From Gammaproteobacteria bacterium (lineage in GTDB: Bacteria > Pseudomonadota > Gammaproteobacteria > GCA-001735895): DNA of 64,000 bases. The DNA lies in the NCBI GenBank assembly GCA_050298595.1, contig JBNKUM010000100.1:124237-188236 (forward strand). Reading direction: 5' to 3'. Below the pieces are notes generated by a model. The model was not told where the DNA came from. It saw only the letters and a list, made by a program, of their open reading frames with translations, and did no database searches. The translations under genes and the position numbers were made by a program. This document shows, in pieces, positions 62,035 through 64,000 of this stretch (its first letter is position 1; each line of letters begins with the position of its first letter).

Positions 62035-62200
62035 AGACTATCTTCACCATCAATAGAGGCTCCTCATCGGTCAAGGCCCGTCAGTTCGACAGCCAGAGTG
62101 CGGAGGAAAAATTTGAAATGGGCTATTACTGCCAACAGACCCTTGCCGCCAGGGCAGGTGGCATCGAAGCGTAGTCTTTACCGGCGCGGCATCGGTGCAC
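62031..62200 (+). pseudogene. ackA: Acetate kinase remnant with large internal deletion
   Basis: TTG overlaps xfp stop; IFTINRGSSSVK (N-terminal motif) followed within ~150 bp by frameshifted GGIEA-VFTG-GIG (C-terminal motif). Confidence 0.75.
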
Positions 62201-62436
62201 GCCGAACAAAAGCAGTGTATGTCGCGTGGGTGCCAGGGCTAAGAAGTCTACTCTCGCCTAAGAAAGAAGAGAGTAAATCAGCCTGGTGTTGTACTAAAAT
62301 TGATTGCAATGAATTCTGTTTTCGGACGGTGAATTTTGATCTGGTAAAGGAGCCAAAGAGAGATTGGTAAATATATTGTTCCTGTAAATTTAAAAATGAG
62401 CCAGGGTGTGCTGGTGTTATCGAAAGGTGTTATGCC

Positions 62437-62814
62437 GTGTTTATAGGTCACTTTGCGCTTGGTTTTGGTGCTAAATATATCAACCCCAGGGTGTCATTGG
62501 GTACCTTTTTTCTGGCAGCTCAGTTTCTTGATCTGCTATGGTCAACCCTACTGTTGTTCGGTGTTGAGAGAGTAAGTATCGTTCCTGGCGCAACGGTTGT
62601 AACGCCGCTGGTTTTTGAACATTATGCCTATTCTCATAGTCTGCTTTTTGTGCTTGGCTGGGGACTATTGATTGGAGGAATATATTACTTTGTAAAACGA
62701 GAACGTGCAGCGGCAGTTCTGCTATCAGTACTAGTGGTCAGTCACTGGCTGCTGGTTATCTGGGGATACTGGCTTGATAAACATCGGTGTACAAAAAGAA
62801 AGAGCAAGAAATGA
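62437..62814 (+). CDS. Membrane protein of the metal-dependent hydrolase-like MFIGHF family, probably internally deleted
   Basis: MFIGHF, YSHSL, VSHWLL running straight into the C-terminal WGYWLD.HR. Confidence 0.6.
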   Translation: MFIGHFALGFGAKYINPRVSLGTFFLAAQFLDLLWSTLLLFGVERVSIVPGATVVTPLVFEHYAYSHSLLFVLGWGLLIGGIYYFVKRERAAAVLLSVLVVSHWLLVIWGYWLDKHRCTKRKSKK

Positions 62815-63329
62815 ACATGATCGTAAGAAAGTATAAGGCACAGGATCAACCGGGTATTATTGAACTAATCATAAATATTCAACAGAATGAATTTGCTATT
62901 GAAATTAGTGCTGAAGATCAACCCGATTTAAAAGATATCGAACAGTTTTACCAACAGGGGCGTGGTAACTTCTGGGTAGCAGTGATTGATGATACGGTTA
63001 TAGGTACGGTAGCTTTACTTGATATAGGTTGTAATGCGTTAGCGTTACGTAAGATGTTTGTGTCTGCTGAATATCGTGGCAAGCAATACAATATAGCTCA
63101 ATCATTGTTGCGAGTTGCTATCGACTGGGCCATAGAGCAGGGCATGCATTATATCTATCTGGGTACTACGGCACAGTTTCTGGCAGCACATCGGTTCTAT
63201 GAAAAGAATAATTTTATAGAAATTTTGCCAAACGAACTTCCACAGACTTTCCCAAGAATGCAAGTTGATAGCAAATTCTATCAACTTATATTGCCGGTTG
63301 GGTCTGAAGATAGATTAAGATCAATCTAA
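62811..63329 (+). CDS. GNAT N-acetyltransferase
   Basis: DQPDL.DI..FY...GNFWVA, LRKMFV..EYRG, LGT...FLAAHRFYEK. Confidence 0.9.
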   Translation: MNMIVRKYKAQDQPGIIELIINIQQNEFAIEISAEDQPDLKDIEQFYQQGRGNFWVAVIDDTVIGTVALLDIGCNALALRKMFVSAEYRGKQYNIAQSLLRVAIDWAIEQGMHYIYLGTTAQFLAAHRFYEKNNFIEILPNELPQTFPRMQVDSKFYQLILPVGSEDRLRSI

Positions 63330-63354
63330 TAGTGTATCCATTGGAGAAAATAAC

Positions 63355-63669
63355 ATGCTAATAACATTCACCTGTCCAGCTTACGCTGATATCACGATGT
63401 TTGGAGATGTGGCAACTCAATTGATCAAGTATATGGGGCATAGTGGTCAGGTGCCCAGCGCATTAACGGCAAAAGACGTACCAGCCGCGTTGCAGAAACT
63501 ACAGACAGCGATAGAAGAAAACAGTCAATTCAATCTACCTCTACAGTCTTCAGGCGATATGGATGATGAGCCGGTATTAACGCTATCGCACAGAGCCTTA
63601 CCGCTGATCGAGCTGTTGAAAGCTGCTGAAAAAGCAGAGTGTAATGTGATGTGGGATAGCCATAGTTAG
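63355..63669 (+). CDS. DUF1840 family protein
   Basis: MLITF...AYADITMFGDVA, RALPLIELL, VMW. Confidence 0.85.
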   Translation: MLITFTCPAYADITMFGDVATQLIKYMGHSGQVPSALTAKDVPAALQKLQTAIEENSQFNLPLQSSGDMDDEPVLTLSHRALPLIELLKAAEKAECNVMWDSHS

Positions 63670-63866
63670 TGATATAAATGATTTCTAGTTCAGGAACCAG
63701 TCTATTAGGTGCACTGAGTCATATTTGATCTGACTAGTGTGATTCATGGCTTGATTTTATCACGCAAATTCCTATATAGCGGACATTCGTTTTTCCAGTT
63801 GGTTTGGTGGGGTTCGACCCTTCAGAGACATTCCTGACGTACTGTAGGGAACGGCAAGTCAGTTGA

Positions 63867-64000
63867 CTGGCTGTGTGAAAACTCAGAAATTGGTACAATA
63901 AGCCATTCCAACAGCCTGGTTCTAACATGTCTGGATTCATCAACGGCGAGTCACGCACTCAAAGCAAGCTTTTCCCTGAAGCACTGGACGACTACATCAC
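63867..64000 (+). mobile_element. Left end of an IS1182-family element, transposase start at 63927, cut by window edge
   Basis: CTGGCTGTGTGAAAAC terminal repeat; MSGFINGESRTQSKLFPEALDDYI matches the IS1182 N-terminus pattern FI.G..R.Q..LFPE.LDD.I. Confidence 0.82.

Overview
Bacterial DNA, most likely from a Gammaproteobacterium (inferred from the aceE-type PDH, pckA, nfsA and nudC gene styles). The window holds two intact catabolic blocks. (i) A divergent glycerol cluster: a Rhizobium-type glycerol ABC transporter with glpR, glpD and glpK, facing an anaerobic G3P dehydrogenase in which an HdrD-like Fe-S/CCG protein precedes glpA-glpB. (ii) A lactate-to-acetyl-CoA block: lutABC, a GntR regulator with two operator boxes, a TRAP transporter, aceE-aceF-lpdA, lipA and pckA. 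Around these lie accessory regions full of mobile-DNA scars. The most striking is 34.4-36.9 kb: an integrase-less array of integron-type gene cassettes (one intact and three decayed attC sites) interleaved with two ~170-bp MITEs. The MITE terminal repeats match the start of an IS1182-family element at the window end, and all three insertions appear to sit in the same family of short palindromes. Also present are a second MITE family, dispersed hairpins with CsrA-type GGA loops, an ~80-bp direct repeat bracketing a saccharopine dehydrogenase module, IS91-type remnants, several deletion or frameshift pseudogenes, and a mirror-image codon skew around the lpdA-lipA spacer. All calls come from reading the sequence and recognising motifs; no searches were run.
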